Source: an uncultured Candidatus Poseidoniales archaeon (lineage in GTDB: Archaea > Thermoplasmatota > Poseidoniia > Poseidoniales > Thalassarchaeaceae). Taken from it: 60,821 bases of DNA. Below are positions 39,450-49,315 of the stretch, in pieces; the first letter of the stretch is position 1; each line of letters begins with the position of its first letter. Where the stretch lies: assembly GCA_902530535.1 (NCBI GenBank), contig CACAAP010000005.1, forward strand, positions 1 through 60,821, read 5' to 3'. A program made the position numbers and the translations under genes. Under the pieces are notes generated by a model. The model was not told the DNA's origin, made no database searches, and saw only the letters and a list, made by a program, of their open reading frames with translations.

Positions 39450-41459
39450 GTGGAAGGCGCCAGGTCAAGATTCGCAGTCATTTTTTCCTCGATCATGATA
39501 ATGGTAGTTTTTTCTCCCATGATGGCTAGTGCCCAAGAGAGCAATGACTGCTGTGAATCTCCGGATGAGTTCGATCTATTCTTAATCGGAGACGCAGATA
39601 GTGGGCAACTGACCCCATTCTCTAATGAATTAGAGGAGGAGAAGTCCATGGAAGTGACTTCATCGGTTTTTGGCGAGGTTGAAATCGGTACCTGGATGAT
39701 TGTTTGGGGGGAATCGGGGAGTTATTCTTCGGGAACCTGGACTTTCACCATCCCATATGAAGTGAAGGACTCAACCGGGGTATCTGCGAACGCGACAGTT
39801 GTAGTAAAGGTCGGTGGAAACACCTACGAAAGCTCGGGGCAGCTCCCGGCAGTTTATCTCAGCGAATCGGGTGAGCTTTCTATTCCAATAGAGGTTCAAG
39901 ACGGTCAATTCTCTAAAAATGACAAGATCGAAATCACATTCTCAGTTAGGAGTATGATTTTTTCAAATCCAGGGAGTGAATCTGGAATAAACTTCTACTG
40001 GGGCTCAGAAGAGTATGCGGCTGCAATGTCCATGTCATTCCCGCTAGTAAATGTGGAAATTCGTGATGCTAGTGTCAAGGGAAGCCTTGTTTTCTTTCCA
40101 GTTAGACTGAGTTCTGGCTTCGGGGACAGGATATGGACTTCTTCATCTGGTGGTCTAATGGTTCAGAATGTTGAAATCGCAGAAAGCCCGATTGTTAACT
40201 CTAATGAAGACTGGGTGGATGTCACATTTGTTTGGGATCCGAGTGAGAGCAACGGAGGTTCGGTTAGGACGGATTTCCATATTTCTCTTCAGGGCTCACT
40301 AGTAATTGAAGCGAATAAAATTCATGATATTACGCTCGGCCAAGACACAGGAGACAATAGCTGGTATCCTGAGGAAGAGCCTCCCCGGACTGGAGGCTCG
40401 GGACTTGATGTTGAAATCAACTGCAGATATGACGGCAACTCGATCGAAAGAAAGACTACCATATCATTCGACGGTGCTATGTCTCAATGGATGAGATGGG
40501 GGCTAGACAATATTGGAAATAAGAGTCTGGGGTCAAACAGTTGGTGGAGGAATCTGAACACATTTTCAGATCAGGTTAGCTCTTCGGAAAAGCAGAACGG
40601 GAGAGTGGACAACTCAGAGCTATCGGCCTTAGAAACCCATCTTAGAGGCTCGAAGACCGATCTTAAATCATTCCTTTCCAGTGGGTTGATGGTTGATCCA
40701 GAAGCTGTTTTTGGTGTGGATCCAGTCAACTTCGGACCTTTGGAGATTAGTATAGACTTGGGGGCTTCTAGAGCATTTAATTCGGACTCTATTTCACTAA
40801 GAGTTTCGTCGACATACTACGTCTCCGATAGTGGCTCCAGACAAGCACTGATTGAGGATTTTGTCAGACCGGGAGGCTATGATTTCTGGGATAAGGTGGG
40901 ACTCTCATTCGAGATAAGAACAGGAATGCTTTCTGGTTTCGGAGGGATATACCTAGACAATGAAGAGATAGACTATACACATAGGAGGTGGATATTGATG
41001 GAAATTATCACTATGGAGAGTTCCGATATCGAATCCGAGACAGACTTCAGAATGGAGTTTGGCGCCGAAAACGCGCTCCTCTTCAGTCCATTGATATCTG
41101 CAATGATTTCAGTATTCGCTCTTTGCTTGGCTCTAGGAATTGGTATGGCTCTAACTAGGAGGAGGACAAGAGCACCAAGTATGATTATGATTGGAGTTTT
41201 GGGCGTTCTATCGCTATCCATTTACTGGTTCGGTTTACCTATGCCAATAGTTCTAGGGGTTGTTAGTTCCAGTATACTCCTTGTTTTCCCCGCTTCAGTA
41301 ATTTCTCCGGTTGTTGAAGATGCGGGAGTTCAGAGAAATACGAATAAGGGCGGAATGGTGAGATGCCCTTCGTGTGGAAAGAAAGTTCCTGTAGAGTCGG
41401 ATATTAGGCCACTGAGGATTGATTGTCCTGCATGCGGAAGCACTCTACGGATCGAATAG
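39450..41459 (+). CDS. Secreted/membrane protein: signal peptide, large extracellular region, ~3 C-terminal TMs, terminal zinc ribbon
   Basis: GTG 39450 likely start (the ORF-track start overlaps gltX); ends CPSCG...CPACG. Confidence 0.7.
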   Translation: MEGARSRFAVIFSSIMIMVVFSPMMASAQESNDCCESPDEFDLFLIGDADSGQLTPFSNELEEEKSMEVTSSVFGEVEIGTWMIVWGESGSYSSGTWTFTIPYEVKDSTGVSANATVVVKVGGNTYESSGQLPAVYLSESGELSIPIEVQDGQFSKNDKIEITFSVRSMIFSNPGSESGINFYWGSEEYAAAMSMSFPLVNVEIRDASVKGSLVFFPVRLSSGFGDRIWTSSSGGLMVQNVEIAESPIVNSNEDWVDVTFVWDPSESNGGSVRTDFHISLQGSLVIEANKIHDITLGQDTGDNSWYPEEEPPRTGGSGLDVEINCRYDGNSIERKTTISFDGAMSQWMRWGLDNIGNKSLGSNSWWRNLNTFSDQVSSSEKQNGRVDNSELSALETHLRGSKTDLKSFLSSGLMVDPEAVFGVDPVNFGPLEISIDLGASRAFNSDSISLRVSSTYYVSDSGSRQALIEDFVRPGGYDFWDKVGLSFEIRTGMLSGFGGIYLDNEEIDYTHRRWILMEIITMESSDIESETDFRMEFGAENALLFSPLISAMISVFALCLALGIGMALTRRRTRAPSMIMIGVLGVLSLSIYWFGLPMPIVLGVVSSSILLVFPASVISPVVEDAGVQRNTNKGGMVRCPSCGKKVPVESDIRPLRIDCPACGSTLRIE

Positions 41460-42305
41460 TCATATCTGGCCTATTGAGACAAGCAAATCTGCAATCTCGT
41501 TAGCTGCTTCTATAGGTTTTTTTCTATCCCAAAATGAGTTGGCCCTGAAAATCTGAGATGATAGATCTGAGTCCCAATTTGGAGCAATTACGCAATGCCA
41601 GAGAAGTTCCTCGACTCTAGTCGTTGAAGGAGCCTTTGAGTTGAAAATTGGCATAGCCAGTTCTCCCATTATTCGTTCTCTTTTCTCTAAATTGGAAGTT
41701 TGCCAAATATCAGTTGCTCTCCAGAATTCGGTATCTTCAATCCAAGGGTAATTACCAGATTCGGGAGACTTTACCTCAGTCACAGGAACTACTCTAATTA
41801 CTCCTTGTTCAGAAAGATAGTCTCGGAGGAAGGAGTAAACTGGATCGTATGCCCTATCAAGTGAGTCGCCAATCCAATTCCCTGACAGAATCCAAGGTCT
41901 CAACCTTCTGAGCCTTTCACTGCTGGGATTGATCTCAGTTGCAAGAAAATGCGCTTGTGCTACAGTGCATAGTGGTCCCTTCCTGGAATCTCCGGAACTA
42001 CCCCTAAGCCCTTCAACGACGAACTCGGAGATTACAATGCCGTTATTCGGGGTGCTTCCTTTACCTGAGTCTTCAGCGACACGCACGAATGTCTCTGAAT
42101 CTGGACTTTGATCTGTGAATCTCCTACGATAGGGAAGTCCCGAATCAAGAAGTGCGGCCTCGATGGGAGCGAGAGTTAATGCCCCCCTGATATTTGGTTC
42201 AGAAATTAGAAGTATCTTCTTCTTTCTATTACAAACTTCTCTAGCAAAGTTACGAAATGGTTCCCTAATAGAAGAGAAAACGTCCAGCTCTGATATATCT
42301 CCCAC
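41460..42305 (-). CDS. Hypothetical protein, possibly degenerate DHH/RecJ-like
   Basis: Position downstream of rps15; N-term KKILLISEPNIRGAL resembles DHH motif I lacking its Asp residues. Confidence 0.5.
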   Translation of the reverse strand: MGDISELDVFSSIREPFRNFAREVCNRKKKILLISEPNIRGALTLAPIEAALLDSGLPYRRRFTDQSPDSETFVRVAEDSGKGSTPNNGIVISEFVVEGLRGSSGDSRKGPLCTVAQAHFLATEINPSSERLRRLRPWILSGNWIGDSLDRAYDPVYSFLRDYLSEQGVIRVVPVTEVKSPESGNYPWIEDTEFWRATDIWQTSNLEKRERIMGELAMPIFNSKAPSTTRVEELLWHCVIAPNWDSDLSSQIFRANSFWDRKKPIEAANEIADLLVSIGQI

Positions 42306-42342
42306 AATGTCTCGATAGAGAGGGAGTACAAATCTCTAGTGA

Positions 42343-42798
42343 TTACTCGACCATGAGCCTTAGTTGGTCCCTCTTGTAGATCCAATCTGAGTCAATCTGA
42401 TCGTTGTCCCTGTAGTATCTAGAAAGACGTCTAATCTTGGATTCGCACAGTTCTAGCTGCCTTCTATTATGGATATCCTTGGAATTCTGAGACAGGTGGT
42501 CAATCAATCTCAGAGCCCTCCTCATTAGGCTCATGAGATCTTCCGGAAGCTTTCCAGACTTGCCCAGTCTCTCCAGAGTTTGGGAAATTCTTTCCCCGGT
42601 CACCAGTCTTACGTTAGGAACTCCATGTTTATCCCTAAGTATGGTGCCAATTGATGCGTTTGAGTTTCCTTCTTCTGAGAGTTGAAGAATTAGTTCCTCG
42701 ACTTCCTTCTTATCAGAATTTGACCACTCTGGAGGAGTCTGAGAATGGGGTTTGCTGGAACCGCTGGCCCCCTTTCCCTTACTGTGCATCCTAGACAA
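42343..42798 (-). CDS. rps15: 30S ribosomal protein S15 (uS15)
   Basis: SRMHSKGKGASGS, IGTILRDKHG, PEDL, ESKIRRLSRYY; TTG start. Confidence 0.96.
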   Translation of the reverse strand: MSRMHSKGKGASGSSKPHSQTPPEWSNSDKKEVEELILQLSEEGNSNASIGTILRDKHGVPNVRLVTGERISQTLERLGKSGKLPEDLMSLMRRALRLIDHLSQNSKDIHNRRQLELCESKIRRLSRYYRDNDQIDSDWIYKRDQLRLMVE

Positions 42799-42870
42799 TT
42801 GTATTCCTCGGAGCCCGGCGACCTGCTGTCCCTCTTTAACCGCTACGCCATGAATGGCATTGTTATTGGA

Positions 42871-44649
42871 TCAAAGCCTATGTCTCGACTTTGCCAGTTT
42901 TCCTGGTCCAAATGGCCATTCCCACCCTGGTGCAACTGCCCTAGCAGAGCCTAGAAGTTCACCTTCCTGAATTACAGCTAATTCGTCGCTCAAAAGGATA
43001 GAGGGGTCATAATCCTTAATCATGTTCGGGAAGATATCCCCTGTCCATTCAATTTCAGGAATAAGTTCTACTTTCCTTAGTATACCAAGGCTCAACAGAT
43101 TCTTGAGGCTAGCCTTTGAGAATAGGAATCTACCCCTTCGAGGGTCCCATTTTGCCATCTGTTCTCCATCTTTCGAGATGGTGAAGATTGGTGGTCTTCC
43201 TCGTATCTGACAACCATCTATCCATTCATCTGAGCCTAATTGGAACCTAGATATAGATTTCAGCTTCTCCTCTCTAGGGCTGAAATCTAATTCTCCAGAC
43301 TCATTTTCGAACGAGGAAGATACGGCGTCCTTCAGTCTAGCTAGGGAGTCCCTTGACCCCGCTGATTCCCCCTTCCTAGTATCGATTTCATTTATTCCAT
43401 CTAAGCCGGTTTCTATTCCGGAGTGATTTACAATAGAAGAATAGCCAACCCTTTCAATGAGTCTACTTAGCATCTGTCTGATTATCGATAGTTCATCTTC
43501 ATCCCAATCTCCCGTTACAGGGATGTCGTAGTGTGCTGCAGGCCATATATCCTCCAAGTCCCTAGGAACTAATCCCAGAGGGGATGTGACCATGACCTCA
43601 TGCACTCTACGATTGCCTATCGATTTCCTAAACCTAGAATGGCTTTTTGATAGCCTGTAGGGCTTCTTAGCCGAACAAGGAAGTAATACCAAAACGTCTC
43701 TCATTCTCATAGGGGGCTCATATTTCTCCGAAATCTGCTCCCTCCAAAGACGGATTGTTACATCGTTCCTACTTTCGAATGAGTGACATCTTAGTTGTGT
43801 TCCAAACTGTACAGAGCTTTTTGTGAAACCTAGGTTCCTAGATTTCTCGAGAGTAATTTGATCATGCCGCCTAAGATGCTCCACGGACCTAGGACTAGAT
43901 TTACTCTGAAGTTCTGCTAACTCCCTCAATGAACCTGTCCTAATTGCAGACCTAGTGGATGAAATTGCATTCACCCACATTTGGCACTGCGAGTCCATTG
44001 AACAGTCCTCCTTGGTTGAAGGCTCGGGGAGTCTTGGACCGGATTCAGTCAGTAGTACTCCGAGTGATGAGGCTTGTCTGGATCTAGCCAGATCAAAAAC
44101 GTCTACCCCCATCCAGGAAAGTAGTGCGCAATTGTCAGGGCCCGATATCCCAGGGGCCCAAATCAACGAAGATGGGAAGTGGGTTCTGGTGGTAAAGAGT
44201 GCTGTTTCAATCAATCCAGGATTTTTAGAAAGCTGTGAGGCATCCATTAATGCGATTATGGAAGGCTGAAAGTTCATTTTTAGCAAGGATGAATCATGAT
44301 GCAATGAGCTCCAAGTTACTGGTAAAAACTCAGATCCAGAGGGGAATTCGCCAGAGTTTGACTCAATTAGGCTGGGTGGAAGGGATAATCCCTGGGAAGC
44401 TGCCCATGTGTCTTTTCTATCGAAAGGATAGCACAATTTTGAACGTGTAGATATTTCCATTGAAGAAGGAAGGACTGAGTTATCTAATTTCAGATTCAAC
44501 GGAGCGATTGAGATTGGTAATTCGGGGTCATTTTCGCCGACGATAAGACAGGGGGAATATGATTCGGGAGAATTCCTGTCTCCAATAGAGAATAGTCTGG
44601 AGAACCTATCTCTAGAGATAGTGCTCCTAGCTAGGGGCCGCTCTTCCAT
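42871..44649 (-). CDS. arcS: Archaeosine synthase subunit alpha (TgtA2)
   Basis: MGVDVFD, LLPCSAKKPYRLSKSH, TSPLGLVPRDLE..PAAHYDIPVTGDW, C-terminal PUA-like domain. Confidence 0.88.
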   Translation of the reverse strand: MEERPLARSTISRDRFSRLFSIGDRNSPESYSPCLIVGENDPELPISIAPLNLKLDNSVLPSSMEISTRSKLCYPFDRKDTWAASQGLSLPPSLIESNSGEFPSGSEFLPVTWSSLHHDSSLLKMNFQPSIIALMDASQLSKNPGLIETALFTTRTHFPSSLIWAPGISGPDNCALLSWMGVDVFDLARSRQASSLGVLLTESGPRLPEPSTKEDCSMDSQCQMWVNAISSTRSAIRTGSLRELAELQSKSSPRSVEHLRRHDQITLEKSRNLGFTKSSVQFGTQLRCHSFESRNDVTIRLWREQISEKYEPPMRMRDVLVLLPCSAKKPYRLSKSHSRFRKSIGNRRVHEVMVTSPLGLVPRDLEDIWPAAHYDIPVTGDWDEDELSIIRQMLSRLIERVGYSSIVNHSGIETGLDGINEIDTRKGESAGSRDSLARLKDAVSSSFENESGELDFSPREEKLKSISRFQLGSDEWIDGCQIRGRPPIFTISKDGEQMAKWDPRRGRFLFSKASLKNLLSLGILRKVELIPEIEWTGDIFPNMIKDYDPSILLSDELAVIQEGELLGSARAVAPGWEWPFGPGKLAKSRHRL

Positions 44650-44711
44650 CGGCTGTCGATGGAAGCATTTCGCTTGAAGGATTCTAAGACCTAGTTGTTC
44701 TCGCGATAACG

Positions 44712-45812
44712 ATGGAGGGGCGGCATTTCGCGATTTCTATAGCAATATTTGCGATGATTTCCTTGACAAAAGGTGCTGTTGCTGATTCGGAGTTTCTGAT
44801 TGAAGAGAACTTAGACTCGCCTGCAACAATATGGGGTTCAGACGGAGTAGGAGATAATTGGATTATAGTGCCAGAAAATAATTCAACCATTCTAGGAACC
44901 TTCGAATTGAATGACTCTGTTGACCTGTATGCGATTGAGATTTCATCTTCAAACTGGACAACAATTAGATTCTCTGTATCTGGGAACGACTCGGTGAGCA
45001 TTAGCATACAAAGACTCAATCAAAGTACTTGGTCAATAGAAGAGTATGCCAACGAAGACATTGGCGAGATTTCACTCGATCAAGGATTCCATGCAATAAG
45101 GCTGGAGAGGCTAGGAAGTTACGAGGGGGAAGTGGATTATCGATTCATCATTAGGAACATGGGAAACTTCGATGAATCGGGAGAGTATGTGAATCTGGCT
45201 TGGATGTTCGCTCCTTTCTATGTATTCGCTGGTTTTTTCCTTATCCTCCCAATGCTGATAGTTATCTGGTGGAATAGGGAAAATATCCTAACTTCGTCCT
45301 TTAGAAGCAGCGAATTGGAAGAGAATGAGATACAGGTTTTGAGTTTACTGAGGGAAAGATTCTCCGCCGATAGGGGTAGCGTGGATTTTGAGGAAATTAA
45401 TGCAGCACTTTCAACTCTAGGCAGAGACTCTTGGAATGCAATTTCAGAAGAGTTCGGAAAACCTGAGATAAGACATTTTACGGAAAATATAGATATTTCA
45501 TTGTGGCGAGTGAAAGGGGGTTCCGGATCATTTCTAATCGGAATTAAGACAGATCGGTCGAAATGGGAAATGGCGGCGATTAGAATCAACACTCCTCTTG
45601 GTGAGTCGATAAAAATTGACAGTGTCGTTCCTGAAATGATGTTCCAGGAGGATGAAATATACCTTGGAAATCTGGAAGAGGGAACTACGACCTTTATTCG
45701 GTTAGAAGTTCTTGGTAAGGCTCCGGAGGCAGAAATACACATCTCCGGAATAGTTGAGGGGAGTCCGATTGCAGCAGTTCCAGCAAAGACCATAGCAATG
45801 GAGGAAGAATGA
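44712..45812 (+). CDS. Hypothetical single-pass membrane protein
   Basis: Signal peptide, beta-rich extracellular domain, central TM, cytoplasmic domain. Confidence 0.7.
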   Translation: MEGRHFAISIAIFAMISLTKGAVADSEFLIEENLDSPATIWGSDGVGDNWIIVPENNSTILGTFELNDSVDLYAIEISSSNWTTIRFSVSGNDSVSISIQRLNQSTWSIEEYANEDIGEISLDQGFHAIRLERLGSYEGEVDYRFIIRNMGNFDESGEYVNLAWMFAPFYVFAGFFLILPMLIVIWWNRENILTSSFRSSELEENEIQVLSLLRERFSADRGSVDFEEINAALSTLGRDSWNAISEEFGKPEIRHFTENIDISLWRVKGGSGSFLIGIKTDRSKWEMAAIRINTPLGESIKIDSVVPEMMFQEDEIYLGNLEEGTTTFIRLEVLGKAPEAEIHISGIVEGSPIAAVPAKTIAMEEE

Positions 45813-45814
45813 CT

Positions 45815-46957
45815 CTAGCGACCCCTTCTAGAGTTGGCTTCTTCCCTAATTCTCTCTTCTATTGGAGGAATTGATTCTTCAAGTTCCGCTCTGATTTCTT
45901 TGATCTTATTCTTGAGAGAACGAGTAGTCTTTTTTGGGGATTGAAGTCTGAGAACTACAGTAACTGAACCTCTTCTGGAAGAGTTTCCATTGAAGGGCAA
46001 GCCCCTCCCAGGAATGGTGATTGTTTCGCCCGGATTAGAGCTAGGAGGGACCTTTATTGTCAGATTTTCAGAATCGATGTGGGGTATCTCTACTGTAGTT
46101 CCCAGTGTTAGATCAGCGAAACTCAGTGGAAGTGCCATTAGAAGATCCGCCCCGTCTCTTTCGAACCATTGGTGTTTTTCTACATCTATCTCGATGTATA
46201 GATCTCCTGGATATCCGTTTAGAGAGTTTGGAGCTTCGCCCTGTCCGCGCATTCTGAGACGATTGCCCGATGTGATTCCCGGACTAACAGAGAATTTTAC
46301 CTGAATTGACTGCAATGATCTACCGTCTCCCTTACATTCGGAGCAGGGGTCAGTGACAAGCCTCCCGGAACCCCTGCATGGTGCGCAATCCTTCCTTACT
46401 CGTTGTCTGAATGGACCGATCATCGAAATCTCGTCTATCCTGCCCCTTCCCTCGCAAGAGGGGCAAGTTCTAGATCCGCCTTCGATATTTGATCCGGAGC
46501 CATTGCATGAAGGGCAATTCTTCAGTACTTCAATTTCTATATCATCATCCATACCATCCATCGCAGCCTGAAACGGGACTGAATGTCTGACCAAGAGGTC
46601 GGATCCATGTGATCTGTCTTGCTGCTGACCACCGAAGAATTGACTGAAAATTGATTCAAAACCTCCTCCGAATAGGTCATCGAAGTTGATATCTACTCCC
46701 TGAAAGCCACGAGATCCGAATGGGGATCCTCCTGGTCTTTCGTGCCCAAAGACATCGTACTTCCTCCTTTCTTCTGGATTGGAAAGTATTGCATATGCCT
46801 CTTGGATCTCCTTGAACATAGATTCTGCCTCGGGGTCATCGGGGTTCTTGTCTGGGTGGTATTTTCTAGCCAATGAACGAAATGACTGTTTTATTTGGTC
46901 CTCAGAAGCATCCTTGGAAATGCCAAGAACATCGTAATAGTCTCGCTTACCAGACAT
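45815..46957 (-). CDS. dnaJ: Chaperone DnaJ
   Basis: RDYYDVLG, HPD, G/F region, four CxxCxGxG repeats, GDLY, C-terminal domain. Confidence 0.95.
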   Translation of the reverse strand: MSGKRDYYDVLGISKDASEDQIKQSFRSLARKYHPDKNPDDPEAESMFKEIQEAYAILSNPEERRKYDVFGHERPGGSPFGSRGFQGVDINFDDLFGGGFESIFSQFFGGQQQDRSHGSDLLVRHSVPFQAAMDGMDDDIEIEVLKNCPSCNGSGSNIEGGSRTCPSCEGRGRIDEISMIGPFRQRVRKDCAPCRGSGRLVTDPCSECKGDGRSLQSIQVKFSVSPGITSGNRLRMRGQGEAPNSLNGYPGDLYIEIDVEKHQWFERDGADLLMALPLSFADLTLGTTVEIPHIDSENLTIKVPPSSNPGETITIPGRGLPFNGNSSRRGSVTVVLRLQSPKKTTRSLKNKIKEIRAELEESIPPIEERIREEANSRRGR

Positions 46958-47002
46958 AGGCCCGACTTGGGCCCCGAAAGGAGTCATATCAACCGTTCCC
47001 CA

Positions 47003-47761
47003 TCAATTCATGAAAGAACCACATGATGTGCAATAATCTGAAACTGCGTCGTTATATGTAGAGCATGATTTACAGAATCTTGTTTTCTTTTGTGTACCAT
47101 CTGGAATCACCCACTGAGAGCCTCCAGCAGAGCTAAACGATTGAGAAACATCGATTCTCTCTTTCGTAATGGATTGTTTTTTCTTTACTTCTTGCTTCTG
47201 CATTTCCGCTCTCTTGTTTGCTGATTTATCGACCAAAGAAGAGAAGAAATTTGCTACTACCTCCCAAATTTTTCTCTCGGGCAATTTTTGTTCGTCCTTT
47301 CTTTCCTTGATGATTTCAATTCCGTCCACAGAAATAGAATATTCAGAGTCCTCTTCATTGTGCTCTAATTCTTCCAATTCTCTATTTAGTTGTCCTATAC
47401 TACCTTGCATCCTCATCCTCGAGTGTGAGGCCTTTCTCCCTTTGAAGTCAGAATGCGCCCTGGCCTCTAGCCTCTGAATAGCCACTTCTCCCTTTTCCCA
47501 TAGGCCCTTATCTTCCATTTTATAGGTTCTAGACAGAGCATCAATGGCCTTAGAGCGGCGGAATTCGTGATCATGGACTCGCGAGTACCTAAAGGCCAGA
47601 ATTATCCCAATTGCCGTGGCAAAAAAATGAATCATGATTTGCCCTAAATCGTCATTTGCAAGGGCTTCATCGAGTTCAGGAGATAGGATCCTGAATGCAA
47701 TTACTATGATATTTGGAATCATAATTAGTGCAAGTGAGACTAGGCCAGAACGTTGGACCAT
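47003..47761 (-). CDS. Hypothetical membrane protein (2 N-terminal TMs, C-terminal zinc ribbon)
   Basis: ATG 47761 likely start; ends CKSC...CTSCG. Confidence 0.7.
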   Translation of the reverse strand: MVQRSGLVSLALIMIPNIIVIAFRILSPELDEALANDDLGQIMIHFFATAIGIILAFRYSRVHDHEFRRSKAIDALSRTYKMEDKGLWEKGEVAIQRLEARAHSDFKGRKASHSRMRMQGSIGQLNRELEELEHNEEDSEYSISVDGIEIIKERKDEQKLPERKIWEVVANFFSSLVDKSANKRAEMQKQEVKKKQSITKERIDVSQSFSSAGGSQWVIPDGTQKKTRFCKSCSTYNDAVSDYCTSCGSFMN

Positions 47762-47850
47762 GGACAATCGTGAGTTGAAAGTGGTTTGAATTTTCGTGAA
47801 AAATGGACAAGTCTGGTTATCACTATTAATGCCCAGCAATTCGGCAGAGT

Positions 47851-48339
47851 ATGGAACCCAAGGTGCGTGTTTCTACATTAATCCGAAGTCATGACGATCC
47901 CGACAAGGTCAAAGACTCGGTTACATCTATCTTTCCTGACTGGGAACCTAGTAATTTCCCAGAGAAATCTTCATTTCCTGTGACAAGAAGTACTGAGGTT
48001 ATTTCTGCAGAAATACAGTCTATTGATGACCTTATATCGATCCTAAGGGAAAATAGAGTCCTAGACACGGCACTGGATGCCATGGCAATGAAGGCCCATG
48101 AGGGAGGGACGGTGTTCTATCTCTCTAGACAATCTGCCTCTATTGGGAAGGTTTCCTTCGTACTCGAGGGAAATGCACTTGGAGGATTGATTGAAGTCAC
48201 ATTGGATGGAAAGGACATAGAGATATGGCTGGAGCAACAGACTTGGCACATTGGAAGAGAAAGAGTCCCTAGGGAAGTAGGTGACGAGTATTCTATGGAC
48301 CCCGATGGAGATGCCTCGGAATGGTTCCAATCATCATAA
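47851..48339 (+). CDS. UPF0201/DUF54-like RNA-binding protein
   Basis: DDPDKVKDSVTSIFP, RENRVLDTA, FYLSRQSASIGKVSF, LGGLIEV pattern. Confidence 0.7.
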   Translation: MEPKVRVSTLIRSHDDPDKVKDSVTSIFPDWEPSNFPEKSSFPVTRSTEVISAEIQSIDDLISILRENRVLDTALDAMAMKAHEGGTVFYLSRQSASIGKVSFVLEGNALGGLIEVTLDGKDIEIWLEQQTWHIGRERVPREVGDEYSMDPDGDASEWFQSS

Positions 48340-48469
48340 TGTGCATCTAGTCTAAGTACGAACCCCTGGATATATTGTCCCACCTGGCATCGTACCAGTT
48401 GTCCATAGTTCTCATCTTCAGGTTTAGAATAGTCGGCAAATTCATGCCCTCGTAATATTCGCAGGTATT

Positions 48470-48802
48470 GTGGCGGAAGAGTACGTGGTCCAGATTGAGA
48501 CCTCTGAAAAACAGGTTTTCAGGCCTATTGGGGTCGTATCTGCAATCTGGAGTGAGCTTAGCGGTGGAATCGGACCATGGGGAGCAGTAAGGCCCCTATT
48601 TGCAGTAGCACTCTCACTAGTTCCTTTCCTATTCCTTGGACAGCATTTCAACAGGCAGCACAGAAAGGCTGGAGAGTGGTTCTTAATCCAGTTTCCATTA
48701 ATCCCTGCCTTTCTCTGGCCATTCTTATTCGTATGGTCCATTGCTGATGCTTGGTGGATCTCTAGTGGGATTGTAGCTTCATCTCAGAATAACCTTGACT
48801 AG
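48470..48802 (+). CDS. Small membrane protein
   Basis: GTG start; hydrophobic, LGQHFNRQ..K...F...WSIADAW pattern. Confidence 0.65.
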   Translation: MAEEYVVQIETSEKQVFRPIGVVSAIWSELSGGIGPWGAVRPLFAVALSLVPFLFLGQHFNRQHRKAGEWFLIQFPLIPAFLWPFLFVWSIADAWWISSGIVASSQNNLD

Positions 48803-49278
48803 AAATCATCTCTAAGAGAAAGTGGACTGAAAAGAGCACCTGGACTAGAGACACTGGAGAGTTGTTTCCTTATTTCGAATTCCCAATCTCTAAGTTCCTG
48901 TAAGGCTGGAACAAATTCCATTTGGCTCTCATTCAGAATTGTCCTAACCATCGTATCTAAAATGTCCATTCTGTCGTTATCTACCCTATCAATTAACTTC
49001 TCTAGGGGAAATGACTCGATTCCAGGGAGTTCGATGTTGTCTTTGTCAGAATCGACTGGTAATGGATTCAAGATAGCCGGTGGAAGTTCCTCCCCAGCTA
49101 CTTCTGCGGCATTCTCGAGAGATTCTAGCACAATTCTGATGTATTTTGAGACTACCAGTGCGACCTCGATTATTGGCATACTTAGCTGATTTGTTAGATG
49201 GGCCATATTTTCTCTGAGGAAAAGCAATTTCTCGTTCACCTCCGAGTTCGGAGTAGGAACGGCCCTCCCTTCTTCCAT
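48799..49278 (-). CDS. Hypothetical acidic helical protein
   Basis: ATG 49278 likely start; continuous ORF downstream of the giant protein gene. Confidence 0.65.
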   Translation of the reverse strand: MEEGRAVPTPNSEVNEKLLFLRENMAHLTNQLSMPIIEVALVVSKYIRIVLESLENAAEVAGEELPPAILNPLPVDSDKDNIELPGIESFPLEKLIDRVDNDRMDILDTMVRTILNESQMEFVPALQELRDWEFEIRKQLSSVSSPGALFSPLSLRDDF

Positions 49279-49315
49279 GATATTGTGAGGAGGCGGTAGC
49301 AAATGAAATGTAGAG

